From Amoeboaphelidium protococcarum X5 (lineage: Eukaryota; Fungi; Aphelidiomycota), in contig JALDTO010000266.1 of NCBI GenBank assembly GCA_023515725.1, forward strand, positions 568,708-632,707: 64,000 nucleotides of DNA. Reading direction: 5' to 3'. A program made the translations under genes and the position numbers. The notes below the pieces were generated by a model. That model made no database searches. It was not told the origin of the DNA and worked only from the letters and a program-made list of their open reading frames with translations. Shown here in pieces: positions 1-15,828 of the stretch; within the stretch, counting starts at the first letter, position 1; each line of letters begins with the position of its first letter.

Positions 1-2
1 TC

Positions 3-698
3 TGTCTGCCAAGCTACTCTGCCAGCAGTTAATGTAAAAGACTGTCCCGCTTTGTGTCACTATATTATCATTTACCTAAATCTGTGCGACCGTCAAAGAA
101 GGATAAATTTGGATATTATTAACTTCTTCGTGAAGTTTCAGTTCTAGAGTTAATTTTAGCTCTGAGCGCGTGTGGATATGTATTCGGATCTTTATTTGGA
201 GGAGGCTTTTCATATCGATACTTTACACTGTCATGGTATAGTTTGCGGAGATGGAGAGTTTGGACTCTATTCACTTGGCCATTTAATCACGCATCTCTGT
301 TTAATCTGGCTTGGACTGTGTACTTGATTTACTCTGTTAGTGTGACTAATTATCAAACTTTGGGTGACAAATATTTTGGTAAGGCTTTGCTCTGCGTTTG
401 GTTCTCAATGACAATCTTGTCGGTATTTTATGGAGGTGTTATATCGCGCAATTATAATATAGCATCCATGTCATTGGTCTTAGTAGCTGTTGCAATATAT
501 GCAGGTATTCGCAACTTGCGACAGGACGATCTTTACAGAAGAGGATCTTAGCTATAATTCACTCAAAGCGAGATATTTATATTCCGACTCCTCGCGTATC
601 AATTAATTTATGATGTGTTTGTCAATGCATCTCTATCGTTGGTAACTCTGATTTGGCCAGTGGTAAGTGCTGTAGCGTGTCATACATTTATTAAATGA
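3..698 (+). CDS. 3' part of a multi-pass membrane protein (5'-truncated by window edge), function unknown
   Basis: Frame has no TGA from position 3 to the TGA at 696-698 when TAA/TAG=Gln; several hydrophobic segments. Confidence 0.6.
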
Positions 699-798
699 AG
701 ATAATGTACAATTTTAAAACTCTATCACATCGTTTTGTTCTCTTTCATTCAATCCCAACATTACAAAATTATTTTCTACCAAACAAGTTCGCATAAAA

Positions 799-2423
799 TC
801 ATATAAAGTGCCAGACTTCGATCGATTTAATCTCAAACGAGTGCCTACTATGGAGACTTTTGTTATGAAAAGTTTTACACGTATTAGTGGTGCCTTTGGT
901 CAGAGTTTCATCGATGGATAGACCAAAGTGTGCACCACCACCGCCGATTGCCATATACTTGTTAGTGCCAGAAATAAATAGAGACGCACCATCAGTCAAA
1001 GCTTTCACCTGCTCGGCATTGTCGGCATGGACATGAAATCCGACCCACCGATAGGCATGATCATGAGGTGCAAGAGTAAAGAGAAATGTCTCTGACGATC
1101 CAAAGAATCGCCCATCAAGTGAATGTCCTTGCCATGAGTCTGAGAGAAATGCGCCTAGGATGTGATCATCCAGTGTTTGAATTAGCAGAACTTGAGGCGC
1201 CTCTATCGCGCATTCTTTATACAACGATGCCAATCGATAACCGTGAATCTCGGTGCTGAACAGTAACTTCATAAAGTGACCCTTGTACTTCTTTGGAATG
1301 AACTGATACAAATACTTCCAATCCTGGTCTTTCATGAATGAGCTCTGAGACTTTAGCATAGGCATCACTTTGTAATCTTGTGGTGAGAGCACCATATCAG
1401 ATGAGTTACCACTAGCAAGCAGGTCAGTCTTCACCTTCACCTTCAGACCTTCAATCTAATTACGACTTAATTAAATATTAAAAGCGGTGTCGGAGAGCTT
1501 ATCATCATCTACTCCTAGTTTAAACTCTTCTTTCAGCATTAATTCATCAAGTTACTGGACATTGGTGCACTTGAGCATCTGCGGTCCACGTAAAATCAAC
1601 ATTGCAACACCATAGCGAATTATCACCTTATAGCCCTCCATGAGAAAGCTATCAAGCATTCTAAACTCGCAGCCAATGTCCATAGAATTTAGCAGAAATT
1701 CATTAATCCATTTTATCCAAAGATCGGAGTTATTGCTGATGTTACGGAGATGTTTGACAATCTTTGGCGCGATTTGCTGAGCAACTTCAGCGAATACCTG
1801 GTAGAAATGCATCATCTCCTACAGATTGATTGGCAGGTACATCCACTTATCATTTCGCTGAGCTTGAGATACCATGATCTTGGCAATACCATACACTTGG
1901 TCTTCATTCAGATTATGTAGCAGTAAGGCCACTACATTTGGTAACATGGGACTGTACTCCAACAGGGGAAAGTCGTGACTAAGCAGAATAAGAATGACTT
2001 TAACAACAGATTCACCGTACGGACTGAGAGCAAAGAGCGAGAAGTCAATTGCGCCTCCAAACGTAGGATACGAGCTGTTGCTTGCAGTATACTTTACCAG
2101 ATCTTCAGGTTAGATGTTGATCGACTTGAGAGCACTCACAAAATCATAGTCATGCTCAGCGATTGTGGACAATTTCATAATCTGAGGCCACACAAGGCTT
2201 CTGATTTCATTAGGAATTGACTCTCTGATCAGCTTCTTCAACTTTTGGCGATATTTATCCTCTTCCATCCATAACTTAAACTGGCGACTATCGCTCCATA
2301 CAGCAGAAGAGAATTTCTACACTTTACATGATAAGATCAGTTTGCTGTTATACTGAGTATTATATAGCCTACTTTGCTAAACTTGATAGTCTAGTATTTC
2401 TTTTAATCAACTAGCGAAGGCAT
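799..2423 (-). CDS. TBC (Rab-GAP) + TLDc domain protein, TBC1D24/Skywalker-like
   Basis: ATG 2423, intron 2317-2372 (GTAGG..TGTAG); TBC motifs LKKLIRESIPNEIRSLVW and RMLDSFLMEGYKVI; TLDc motifs LLFSTEIHGYRLASLY, FFGSSETFLFTL, IGGGG..FGLSID, CKTFHN; TGA 799-801. Confidence 0.88.
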
Positions 2424-2787
2424 TTAATTGAGTAGATCCAAGAAGGTTACTATATAACGAGTGATTTGTATAACTTTAAGGAGAGAGAGAGAATTCAGAG
2501 TGAATACAATCCTTATCGCTTATCGCACTGTATTATCATTTAGAATGATATTTATATAAGGCCCATTATGCGCAATTAACCGATGCTATTTACAGGCCAT
2601 TTGTAATTTCTCATGCCTTAAATGGTAACATGTGCTCTTGATTTGGCTACGTGGAGCAGACATCACGCGGAAATTTTTAAACTGCGCTTTATTTCGAGTT
2701 ATATAATCACTTAATTATTACTTGTATTTTTCATCATCATCAAGCTTTAAATATATATCTGCATTTGAATTAGCAAGGTTTTAAGAA

Positions 2788-3429
2788 ATGAAGGGACATG
2801 CGGATACGCTTCGTTAAATAGACAATCAATCGCTTCTGAATGGTGGCAATGGCGCGTCTCTAAAGTCTGATACTGGTAGTAAGACGCATTAAATGCATTA
2901 AATTCAGACATCTCATAATCTAAAAACTAACACTAAATTGTAAGAGCTGATGACAATGCCATTGACACCGTTCACAGCGTCGCCAAAATCTGGTATGTAT
3001 CGTTGTTTCATCTGCTGGGAGTCTTCTGGCGCGTCGGATGAGTTTATACTGCCTTGCAAGTGCAAGAATGAGAATTTAAAGTTTGCCCACACAAAATGCA
3101 TTGAGCGATGGGTGAATGACAATGGCAAGACGTCATGTGCTGTATGCACGGCACCATATAAATTTCAAGTAGATCATTTGCCGGCAAGTGCGATACTCCG
3201 CAAGAATTTCTGGATTCTACTCTCATTTCTAATACAGATCACTCTCCCTCTCAGCATCTACCTTATATTGTATCTGAATGGCGCTCTTTCTCACGTTAAT
3301 GGTGTTCTAATAGCAGCGCATCTTCTTATGCTTCTGGTGATGTACGCAGCGTTCACTATACACGTCTTCTCCGGTCTTGATAGATATAAAAAGAAGGTGA
3401 TCGCGTCGGAAGACATATAAAGAGTTTGA
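2788..3429 (+). CDS. RING-CH (MARCH-type) membrane E3 ubiquitin ligase
   Basis: C4HC3 RINGv CFICW..PCKC..AHTKC.ERW..SCAVC followed by two TM helices; ORF ATG 2788 to TGA 3427-3429 under table 6. Confidence 0.85.
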
Positions 3430-4839
3430 CATACTCTTACATGATTTGAATTTAATAGAATATAGACAAAATCAAACTCTATATAGATTATAATCGTGAA
3501 ATCACAATTTAATTAATCTGGCTTAGTAATTGTTTCTGGGTTCATGCCTGTCTCTAGCGTTTCCTGCTCTATCTTAGGTCTGCTGATAGCAATTTGTACT
3601 TTAATATTTCTATAAATATCACTTGTTTTAACCGCAACACTTGATATGATAACACTATCAAAGAGAAGCGTTCAATATTCGCCATAATTGCATTCTCGCG
3701 TGTAAAATGCACGAGAATTTTTCGTGAATTCCACTCTTTTCTGAAACGGATAGTTGACTCTGAAACGAACTTGATGTTGAAGATTCTCTTTAACGCTTCT
3801 TTCTTCATGTAGTATTTCATAACAATATGAGCATAAAGAAGAGCCAGTTCAAAGACATTTATAAACTGGACATCTAAGATTTACAGACCAGGTTTATTCC
3901 AAGGATTTAGTTATTCATCCCTCTTTGAAATGTACGCGCGCCTTGTTTCATAATTTTACTCATCCCCCTTAATAAAAAATCGCTGTATAAAGTATAATGT
4001 AACGTGAAATGTGCTGTTATTGTTAGTAGAAGGTCCATACACATTAAGAGACACAACATACTGCATTTCTGATTTCTATTACGTCCCGCTACCAGCAGGG
4101 AAGCAGCAAATCGATGTCTAACGATGAAGGAAATTTACGATATATATAATGCTTCGGAGATTGCAAACGCGTCATCAACAGACACCCTCTCTTTATCTGT
4201 CTCCGACTTACAGATTTGGCTACAGTATCGACGTGATAAATCTAAAGCTTATAGAGACTTTTATCAGTTCAAATCCGGATGCAGTATTTCAATTATAATC
4301 GTCTGAAAGCTTGCCAAGAGTAACCGACACATTATTGGGCTGAGTACCTTCACCAGATACTTCAATACTTTGAGACTTTCTGTTATTAATTCTACTTAGC
4401 ACATTATTTTAGAATTTCGAACTACATATATTCCATTGATGTGTTTAGTAAAGGGAAGAAATGGTAGAGGATGAATAAAGTGGAGACAAGTAGCGTCAAT
4501 CAAATTTCAGGGCGATGAATAATCATGTATTCTAGGGAACGAATAACTTAATCCATTAAAGGTTGACATGATTAGAGTTCTAATCAGACCCACATTGCTG
4601 ATTACTGTGTGAAAGGGACTTGTGGGCGAGCGGTTTGCCGTTTCCATCTCATTTAATTGAGAATAAAAATCGGTTGCCGCATATACGTTACCACTCATTC
4701 AATATAAGTTTAAAACCAAAGTACGTGCAGATTGAGCGATCACCTCCTGAAAAACTGTGACAATCACACAGCATTGAGTCACCGCTCCATCTTCCTCTCT
4801 CTCTCTTTGTGTCAGAAACGCGCGGGATCTGAAATCACA

Positions 4840-6318
4840 ATGGCTGAGCAAAAAGTGAAAAAGTAAAAGAAGCATAGACGCGATGAGACTGATGAAGAGC
4901 GTGCGGCTCGTAAGTAATGGAAGAAGCAGAAGAAGTATTAATAGTTGTAGTAAAAAGACACTCCATAGGATACTACTACTACTGTAAAGCATGATACTCA
5001 AGATTCTGCAGCACTGTGGCTCAAGGAGAATGATATCGTGTTGAGTAATGCTGGTGATTGGAAGCCTTGGTACACGTTTGATCAAGTCAATTTACCCAAG
5101 GATACTTTAAGTATCACCAAGAAATTTGATAAGCCTACTCCTATTCAGAGCTGTGCATGGCCTGTTATCACAACTAGACGTGACTTGATAGGTATCAGTT
5201 CAACGGGTAGTGGAAAGTCTCTCGCGTTTGGTATTCCAGCCCTGGCTCACCTTGTGCGTGAAGGAGTTGATTTCGGTAGAAGAAAGCGACTACCTCGCGT
5301 ACTTGTTCTATCTCCAACCAGAGAATTGGCTCTGCAAATCTTTGAATAGATTCAAGAAGCATCGCAAGGGATGAAGTGCGCGTCCGTATGTGTCTATGGT
5401 GGTGTTCCTAAATATGAGTAGAGAGAAATGTTCAAAAATGGCGTTGACATTGTTATTGGATGTGCTGGTCGTCTTGTTGATCTGATGGAAGATGGCTCAT
5501 GGAAACTGTCTGATATTGATTATATCGTATTGGATGAGGCTGATAGAATGCTGGATCTTGGATTTGAGAAAGAGGTGCGCAAGCTGATTTCTGCCACTAA
5601 TAGTAAGCGTCAGGTGGTTATGTTTAGTGCTACTTGGCCAGAGTCTATCCACAAGTTGTCTCAAGAGTATATGCATAATCCGGCAAAGATTGTTGTCGGA
5701 CAAGAGCAGGCTGCCAACGTGAATATCACTTAAATCGTGGATGTCATTGAGCCTCATTAGAAAGAGTAAAGGCTGCTGGATCTGCTTCAGAACTATCACA
5801 AGAAGAGAGATAATCGTATCTTGATATTCGCTCTGTACAAGAAGGAAGCTTCTAGATTGGAACAGTTCCTGATGCGTAAAGGATGGTCAGCTGTAGCTAT
5901 TCATGGTGATATGAATCAGACACAGAGACTTGATAGCTTTGATAAGTTCAGAAGCGGAAAGGTGCCATTGCTTATTGCAACTGATGTCGCGTCAAGAGGC
6001 TTAGATATTCCTAAGGTGGAGTATGTGATCAATTTCACCTTCCCACTTACCATTGAAGATTACATTCATCGTATTGGAAGAACTGGTCGCGCCGGCAGTA
6101 CTGGTATAGCTCATACTTTCTTCACGCTGCATGAGAAATCAAAGGCGGGTGAGTTGGTAAATGTTTTGAGACAAGCTGATTAGAAAGTGCCTCGAGATTT
6201 AATGAATTTCGGTACCGCTGTCAAGAAGAAGGAGCATAGCGCGTATGGTGCATTTTTCAAGGATGTAGACACTGACGCTAAGCCAACCAAGATTACATTT
6301 GATTCTGACTCTGAGTGA
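4840..6318 (+). CDS. DBP3: DEAD-box RNA helicase Dbp3 (60S biogenesis)
   Basis: [35 protein letters not shown]; Dbp3-type C-terminus [26 protein letters not shown]; TAA/TAG at conserved Gln sites. Confidence 0.95.
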
Positions 6319-7222
6319 TTATAAAATCAAAGGTAAACAAGTTTTTATTCACATCTGAGTCGCTTTAATTTTTGATTGACTGGTTAACGGATACTCCTCT
6401 ATCATGACACTTAAATTTGTTACGCAAGACATTGCTCAATACTTCAGTAGGTATGCCAACATTAAACGGCGTTCAATCGATTCTACTATAAAAATGCAAG
6501 TTCAATGTAAAAAGCCAACAGACACACTAGCTATAAAAATGAAAAAAGCAATACTAATCAACTGACTGGAACAGCTAAACATGAAATAAATAATGATAAA
6601 TCACAACCAAAAAATTAGTCAATCGATCTGTTGACATCTTCGGTTACATTCGCACCAATCATAACGAACCAATGTTGGCCCCAGTGACCTCATCTTTCCC
6701 ATCGGCGTTGTGTGTGCTGCTTTAGTAATCATCACACTTGGTCCGTGGTGCTATTTTTTACCTCGCTTCCTCTCCTTACGGTATTCTCAAAAGTCCTCAC
6801 ATTTAACACAGCCCTAGGCCGATCGATCGACAAATACATCGACACAAAAGACAGCTACTGAAAAGCAAGCGACGACCAACCCCAGCGCGATCTGAAAGAA
6901 TAAATTTCTTCCTGCCCGACGACTCACAAAGTGACGACAACGACGACGATTGACTGACTGACTGAAAATACATCAACCAAGAGGCAAAACAACTGAATAC
7001 ACTCATCGCTACTATTATTACGAGTAATTATACTAGACAAGCATCAATATCATCATCATCTTCACAACCAGATTGTCAGAGTGTGAATAATTTGAAATAA
7101 TCGCTGGATAATATTAAGTGGAAAAAGAGTGTCAACTAAGCTTTGGGTTTTATATCTGATTATTAGTAACAGTAGTAGAAGATTTTTTAATATTAGTAAG
7201 AAGCAGTGTTATTGGCGAAAAC

Positions 7223-10003
7223 ATGACAGACATTGTGCGGGATATTCATAAAGTGTCCGACCAAGAATTAGAGTAAGATTAGTTGAATACGGAGTAGAAT
7301 ACTGCTGATGAGACTTTAGATGTTGCATAATCGGAACCTGCGAAGAAGTAATAGGAATAGTAAAAGTAATAATATACCACAGCCTAGCCGTCTTAAGAAT
7401 CGATACATCCGGCTGAGAGCGAAAATAAGGTTCTGGATTTGAGGAGCTGCGGCGATGCTTCATGTCAATAGCTGAGTAATGGAATTCATGCCGCCGCTGA
7501 TCCTCCTCTGGATGGGCAGCATTCAACCAGTGTCACTCTGGCTTTAAATCCCACTCCGGTTGCATCGACGATACAGATATCTGCTCATCAGTCTGCACAT
7601 GAAGATATTAACGCCTTACATTAGGCGGGCGATGAGGCTCCTATTGACCATGAAAGTAAAGTTGATGAGAGCGGTAATCGTCTGGCTTTAACTCAGGGCA
7701 ATCTAGCTCTTCATAATCAAGTTTGGGAGAACTAGAGAGCCAGTGCTAGGAATGTCCATTGTAACTGCGATCCTGTCTAGTCCGTTGGATTGTGTGAATA
7801 AAAATCAGTGGTATAGTCGGAATCAGCAAAGAATATGAACGCTGCTCTTTTATCAGACTAGAAATCGAAATCATCTATAAGTGCTCTGCCTCCTGTACAT
7901 CCTTAAAGCAAACCAAGATCTTCGACGTTCATTTATAGATGGTTCCATCCGAATTCTAATTCTATGAATCAGCTGCATGGCATCTAGATGGAGAATGATT
8001 TCAAGCACCATCAAGGCTCGAACTAGGCTACTAGATCTGTGGCAAGTAGCCGCGAGTCTCTTAATTCAACATCATCTGAAGCTTAGCGTAAGCAATCACA
8101 TAGTACTCTCTTATATCGCCTATTGCATCCCACGTATTTGAATAGTCACGGTGGCGTTCATGGAAATGATGGCGCTACTGCATCATAAAATGGCCACTCC
8201 AATGGTGTTCCTCATGATACTCTGCCTGAATAATAATAATAAGGTGTTGGTTGGCACCCACCTCGTCCAACAGACTCGCCTTAGACTCAGAGAAGACATG
8301 CGGTGATTGAGAAGCTGCTTCATCACGTACAGCATGCAAATCATGATAATGATCACGGTGGTGGTACTGGTAAAGATAATGGCCATAGTCACTAGCAGCA
8401 GCATCATCATCATGATAGATCGTCATCTCCATCTATGAGCTTTCAGAATTTCTTTAGTCGCAAGAGACATGCTAAGCGTCAAGGCTCTGTTGGCAATACC
8501 GCTAATGAATAAAGTGATTTAGAGTCTGTTTCATCTGCCCGCTCCTCAATAGCGTCTTTGGATAATACCCCCGGCGATCATGGCAGTACTGATTAGAACT
8601 TGGGCAGTGGTAGTGATGGGCTCAATGATCATTCATCTTAGAAGCATTCATCTAGTGAATAACACGGCTCTCCTCCATCCAGATAAGGTTCACCCATTGG
8701 TTCCAATCCGCATCTCAGAGGTAGTCACACGGCCGCTTCGAGTATCGAGAAGGTGCCAGATAGCAAGAGTGATATCGAGTCTCACACCTCTGGCAGAAGA
8801 AGCATTAATCACATGTTCAGGAATATGATGGTTTATAATAAGAAGTTGGCTAGCAGTAGCGAATCTACCACTAATATGAGCACGGCAAGCCACGAGAGTG
8901 CACTGTCTGACAAGTATGGAATGGCGGATAAGATTATTGGGAAAGGTGCTGGTGGTACAGTGAGACTTTTCCATAAGATTGGTTTTATTGGACCTGGCGA
9001 TAAACTATACGCAGTGAAAGAGTTTAGGAAGCGACGCAAAGATGAGAGTGAGCGGGATTATATAAAGAAGTTGACTGGAGAATTCTGTATAAGCTCCAAT
9101 TTGCATCACATCAATATCGTGGAGACTCTGGATCTGGTGCAGGATGAGAAGCACAGGTGGTGTGAGGTGATGGAGTTCTGTCCTGGCGGTGATCTGTACG
9201 AGATTCTAAGAGGTGGCAAGATGACAATGATTGAAATCAACTGTTGCTACAAGCAGCTTATTAATGGCATTGAATACCTGCACTCTATGGGTGTTGCGCA
9301 TCGAGATCTTAAGCCAGAGAATCTGCTGGTTGACGCGCATGGACATATCAAGATTACCGATTTTGGTGTATCTGATGTGTTTAAGACGTGCTGGGAGCAG
9401 GAGCCTCATAAGTCTAAGGGATTGTGTGGAAGTGAGCCGTACATTGCACCCGAAGAGTTCACAGGGGAGCCGTATGATGCTCGCAAGGTTGATATCTGGT
9501 CATCTGGTATAATTTATTATGCGATGCTCTTTCATGGTGTACCTTGGCGCCAAGCCACATTGAAGGATCCTAACTATGCCTATTATTTGGAGCACAGAGC
9601 ACGATTTGAGCCGTTCATGCGACTACCACCTACATTGTCGCATCTTTTGGAGAGGATACTGGAGCCGGATCATAATCACAGGATTACTATTGCAGAGATG
9701 AAGGAGGATCTTTATTTTAGTGCAATTGAAGTATGTGATGACTGTGTGGATAAGGCTGGTCGATATCATCATCACTTTACGTGGGAGTATGAGAGCAGCC
9801 ATAAAGGATCGATGCCGTCACAATCTCCGTCGATGAGTAATTCTCAAATGAATACAATGGAGAGAAAGTGGTAGTAGCACAAGGTATCTAATCCTCCTAC
9901 TCCACAGCTTAGGCCTCAGTAGCCGTAGCAGTAGTAAAAGTCGCATAATGGCGATGTCGCTCAACCTGTGCCTCCGACGTCTCTTCCTGAAAGTGTTGCG
10001 TGA
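7223..10003 (+). CDS. HAL/NPR-family Ser/Thr kinase (Hrk1/Sat4/Oca2-like) with long low-complexity N-terminus, ~926 aa
   Basis: GKGAGG, YAVKEFRK, KKLTGEFCISSNLHHINIVETLDL (HAL signature), HRDLKPEN, DFG, CGSEPYIAPEE; ATG 7223 in frame with kinase domain; TGA 10001-10003. Confidence 0.9.
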
Positions 10004-10102
10004 TGCATGTTGTAACTATGTGATAGCTGTTGTAAGTAAATAGAACGATTAAGTGCACTTATTCAACTTGTATGATTTCATGTTTGGATTTCATATTTCA
10101 AA

Positions 10103-10715
10103 TCAATTAGTGCCAGTAGATCCGAATCCGTTTACTCCACGGTCGGTGTTGTCCAAATCTTCCACCTCGACCACTTCTGGAGTGACAATACGCTCCAAGA
10201 TGAGCTGAGCAATGCGGTCACCTTCCTTGACTAAGAAATCCACGTCACTGAAGTTGAACAAAACTACTCCGAGTGGGCCACGGTCTACACAATAAAAGAA
10301 ATATACATACAAAGAGTATCAGAATGATATTTGGTCCAGGAATATAATAATGATATATCTTACAGTCAAAGTCAACCACTCCAGCACCAACATCGATAAA
10401 GTTCTTCACTGCAAGTCCGCTGCGAGGAGCCACGCGAGCATAAGTTCCTTCTGGAATGGCAATAGATAAATCTGTAGGTACCACGCACTTTCCTTTCGCT
10501 GACACGGTGACCTCCTTGGCAGCATAAAGATCGTATCCAGCAGCATGTACTGAGCCTCGGGTTGGCAGCCTGGCCTTGTCAGACAGTTTCTTGACGCGTA
10601 ACAGATTCAAGTCTTGAGCCAGTTTCTTTGCCACATGAACACTTGATGTCATTTCTTCTGAGATGTTTCTCTTTTCAACAGCAGATACAACAGTGGTAGG
10701 ATCAACTACAGTCAT
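10103..10715 (-). CDS. DUT1: dUTP pyrophosphatase
   Basis: AAGYDL, APRSGLA, GVVDFD/YRG joined across intron 10285-10363, [17 protein letters not shown]. Confidence 0.96.
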
Positions 10716-10956
10716 GATAATAAATAAAATGCTTAGGGGATGTTGGTAAACGGAACGAGGATAAGATTGAATCGTCTGAAACTGGAAATTTAAACTGAGC
10801 TCAAAAGTGAAACGAAACACGCCACTAAGGAACACTATTTCCCTAAAAGAGATATGCGCGATTAGTAGCTGAAACGAGCTATTAGAAATGAAAGAGGCTT
10901 TTAAAGTGTAAAGACGTAAGTTAATTTAACATTTCATTTTGTAAAGCATACAAGAA

Positions 10957-12258
10957 TCAGCGAATATTAACGCGGAATTCGCAACTTGGACGGTATACCG
11001 TATTTTGAGTTCTGGCGTGATACTGAGGCAGATTTTCATAGCGATATGGCACAGAGGGACCTTGGCTAAACTCTTCTGACACTTTTTCATGCGACTTACT
11101 GATCGCAGGGTCTATATAATGACGTGGGTTCGAATACTGATACTGGTTTACAGGCACAAATACAATCGGTCTTTAATAAACTTGTTATACTCCATAACTA
11201 TTAGAGTATGATGAAGCGCTCTGGTCATGGTCATACGCCGACTATACTTCAGCGTGATTATATCTTCCTTGTACATCGCGTTACAACTCGCCCTGCATAC
11301 CACCACCTTTACAAGTAGAACCATTCAAATGTCTTGTCAAAGCATCCTGGCGACTAAACTTTCTTCCACAATCAGAACATTAGTACTCTCGCTCACCAGA
11401 ATGTGTCTTGCGGTGGCGATTCAAATCATGTCGACGCGTAAAAGCAGCCGAGCATCCATCAAAGTCACATGCAAATGGTCTCTCACCAGTGTGAATTTTA
11501 AGATGAGACTTTAAGTTGTAATACTTTTTGAATTCCTTGCCACAGTTCTCCCAGTTGCATATAAATAAATCACCACCACTTGAACTGCGAATCTTGGTCA
11601 GAGGATGATTGTGCATCTTCATAGATGTTCCCACAGCAACTGGATGCTCTGACTAAGAAGACCTTGAAGAAGTATCAGTACTCGAGACACTACGCTAGGA
11701 TTAAAACTAAAAATCATTCTAAGGAACTTTATGTTAATGCGTTGGATGGACTGGAACTGGTTCGAGGGAGAGATGATCAGCTGATATAATGTACTTTTTC
11801 ACCGTAGATTGTGAAAACTCTTGAATACTCGGCAGCTACAACTGTGGCTAATTCTACGCAAAAGAATAATAATGATTAACACCTGATGCCATGTCATGTC
11901 GCACGCTGTTTGAATGCGTCGAATTACTTTCAGGGGTCGAGGAGACAGCGATTGGCTAGCCCAGAGCCTAATCATAACCTTGCTAGAGCAATTCATAGAG
12001 CAGCGGTAAGCGGGAATTCACATGACCGCTATGACTGTCCGGCAGATGACTGTGATGAGTATTGTTACCATGACTAACCTTCTAATGCGCAGAGGATTAC
12101 GACTGCGTTACAGACCTTCCTCCATCACCAGCGCTAAATTCACCGTAGTAAGGCGTTTGCGAAAAATTCTCGGAGCGACCAGCGGACCTTAAGTGTTCTT
12201 TTTATTATTAGGAGTAGCCTACTTCAGCAGCCATATCATCCTGTTACTGGACAGTCAT
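10957..12258 (-). CDS. C2H2 zinc-finger transcription factor with three fingers (KLF/Sp/Egr-like array)
   Basis: FICNWENCGKEF..LKSHLKIHTGERPFACDFDGCSAAF..RHRKTHSGEREY[Q]CSDCGRKFSRQDALTRH; single frame ATG 12258 to TGA 10957. Confidence 0.88.
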
Positions 12259-12799
12259 CGGCCTTGTAATTATTGAATATTTAAATAAATGGAGCAGTAA
12301 GCACAAATAGAGTGAATGTGTGGGTGTAAATTAAGGGAGTGTGAGCTACTACGAATGAACGCCGCCACTCGGTGTTGCTGTTGTAATTTTGCTCGGGAGG
12401 AGTAGCGTGAGTGGCGTCGCGATCGAGTTGAGCCACGCGCGAAACGACCGTCCGCCTGGATCTCACGGCATGAACAGTTTACGATCGCAGTATCGCTTGA
12501 ACGCCTTGAACACCCTGACTCATTCATACACACACCATACACGCGCGCGTACCCGAAATTTGGACATATCACTATTGCGTACACTGCGCCTCATTGTAAT
12601 CGCATGTACGGTTCGGATCCATCCTAGTCCCTGACTCACTGTATGCACAACAGGGCTTCCACTCATGAACTTCATTCTAACCATTTTTTTTAAACATTGA
12701 TGGAAGCAATACATAACACACTAGTCATCAATGTAGAAATAGTATATTAAGAAAAAATATTGAATTCAAGAAAAAGAAAACGAAATAAAGTATTGTAGT

Positions 12800-13081
12800 T
12801 CAATCAACATCCATGAACGGACTTCTTTGCGACTTCATTTTGCCTTTACTAGCAGTATTGTCGAGACTTCCTGAAAGCTATCCAGATTATGGATCTTGTC
12901 CCAAAATATTCTACTAGATTTCTGAAACAGTCTACTAAATAACATTCTATTGACTTTATTCATCAGCTTTCCTCTGCAGCACATCCGCCAACTATTTCTC
13001 AGTTACCTCAATAGCAGATTGTAATCGAAGATCTAAACTATCTAATACTTTTATTGCCTGATCTGTAGTAAATTTATCCAT
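12800..13081 (-). CDS. Small coiled-coil hypothetical protein (93 aa)
   Basis: MDKFTTDQAIKVLDSLDLRLQSAIEVTEKQLADVLQRKADEQ...SPFMDVD*, heptad pattern, divergent from SPC2; no family recognised. Confidence 0.6.
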
Positions 13082-13248
13082 AACCAGCAGTCAATTTAGT
13101 CTGTAAACGCGTAAGTCTTTAATAGTCTTGAGAAAAAGGGCGAGTGTAGAGAGAACGAACGTAATACCGCGCGTTCTTCCAGTTCAGTTAAGGAATTCCA
13201 GTCTTTGCTAGTAACACAATTGCTTTTACGATTGTTAATTTTCAGATC

Positions 13249-13865
13249 ATGGATAAGTTTGGTAATATTATCTAGCATCTCTTTGTACGTCATATTCATA
13301 ATATTTGGAGGATATTGTAGACGCTCAAGAGTTTAAATGCTAGAAATGGAGCTCTGTTGAGAGTAAAGCTGCGATAGACGATGCGATCAAGTACTTGATG
13401 GATGAGGTTGAAGGCTTCAAGTAGGACCATTTTCATGTTGATGTCAAGATTTTAATTGGGCTATTCTCTGCTCTTGTTGCTGGCTTAACCGCTTTTTACC
13501 ATTACAAAGTTTCGTTTTATGAGAGTAATCATTTACTGGTATTGGCCGCCTGTGTTCTCTACTTTGGTCTGAATGCATTCTACTTGTTTTACGTGTATCA
13601 TATTGAATAGCATGCCGTATATGTGGGCAAAAAGTCATAAGATACAACAGTCATTATTGCAAGTAATGTTGACAGATTTGATTTTAAGTACAAGTTGAAA
13701 ATAAAAATGTAAGCAGCTGGAGTCTCGTATCCTGAGTAGCAGCACGTTGCTCTGTTCTCAGACTATATTGACGAGGATGGCCATGTTGTTGGATAGCTCT
13801 TACTGAATGATCTCCGTTCTCTTATGGCTAAAGTTTCCTCATCTTCAAATAAGAAGAAACAATGA
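13249..13865 (+). CDS. SPC2: Signal peptidase complex subunit 2 (SPC25/SPCS2)
   Basis: Intron 13262-13320; KWSSVESKAAIDDAI, HVDVKILIG, two TMs (CVLYFGLN), DYIDEDG, C-terminal KKQ. Confidence 0.85.
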
Positions 13866-13993
13866 ATCTTTTTAATTGCATTTCAGTCAATTTCCCCCTT
13901 GCCTTTTAGTTATTCAGCATTGAGTTATTTTTTCGGTGGATGCTCTCGCTTCTTCTGATTGAACTCTGTTCAGCCTTTCTCTCACTTGCTTGC

Positions 13994-14017
13994 TTGATTG
14001 ATTGATTGATTGATTGA
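13994..14017. repeat. (TTGA)6 microsatellite upstream of SRP54
   Basis: Six perfect TTGA units preceded by two TTGC units. Confidence 0.9.
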
Positions 14018-14071
14018 TTTATCGTCAAGCTATCATTATACCTGCAACCATTTGTCGAGGAAATAATTAAT

Positions 14072-15739
<1,668 letters not shown>

Positions 15740-15828
15740 TCTCAAATAACAGAGATTTATATAAATCGCCTATCATAATGATTAATCTACTCTCTACAAA
15801 TATTACTCATATGTCTACAAATTCAGTA

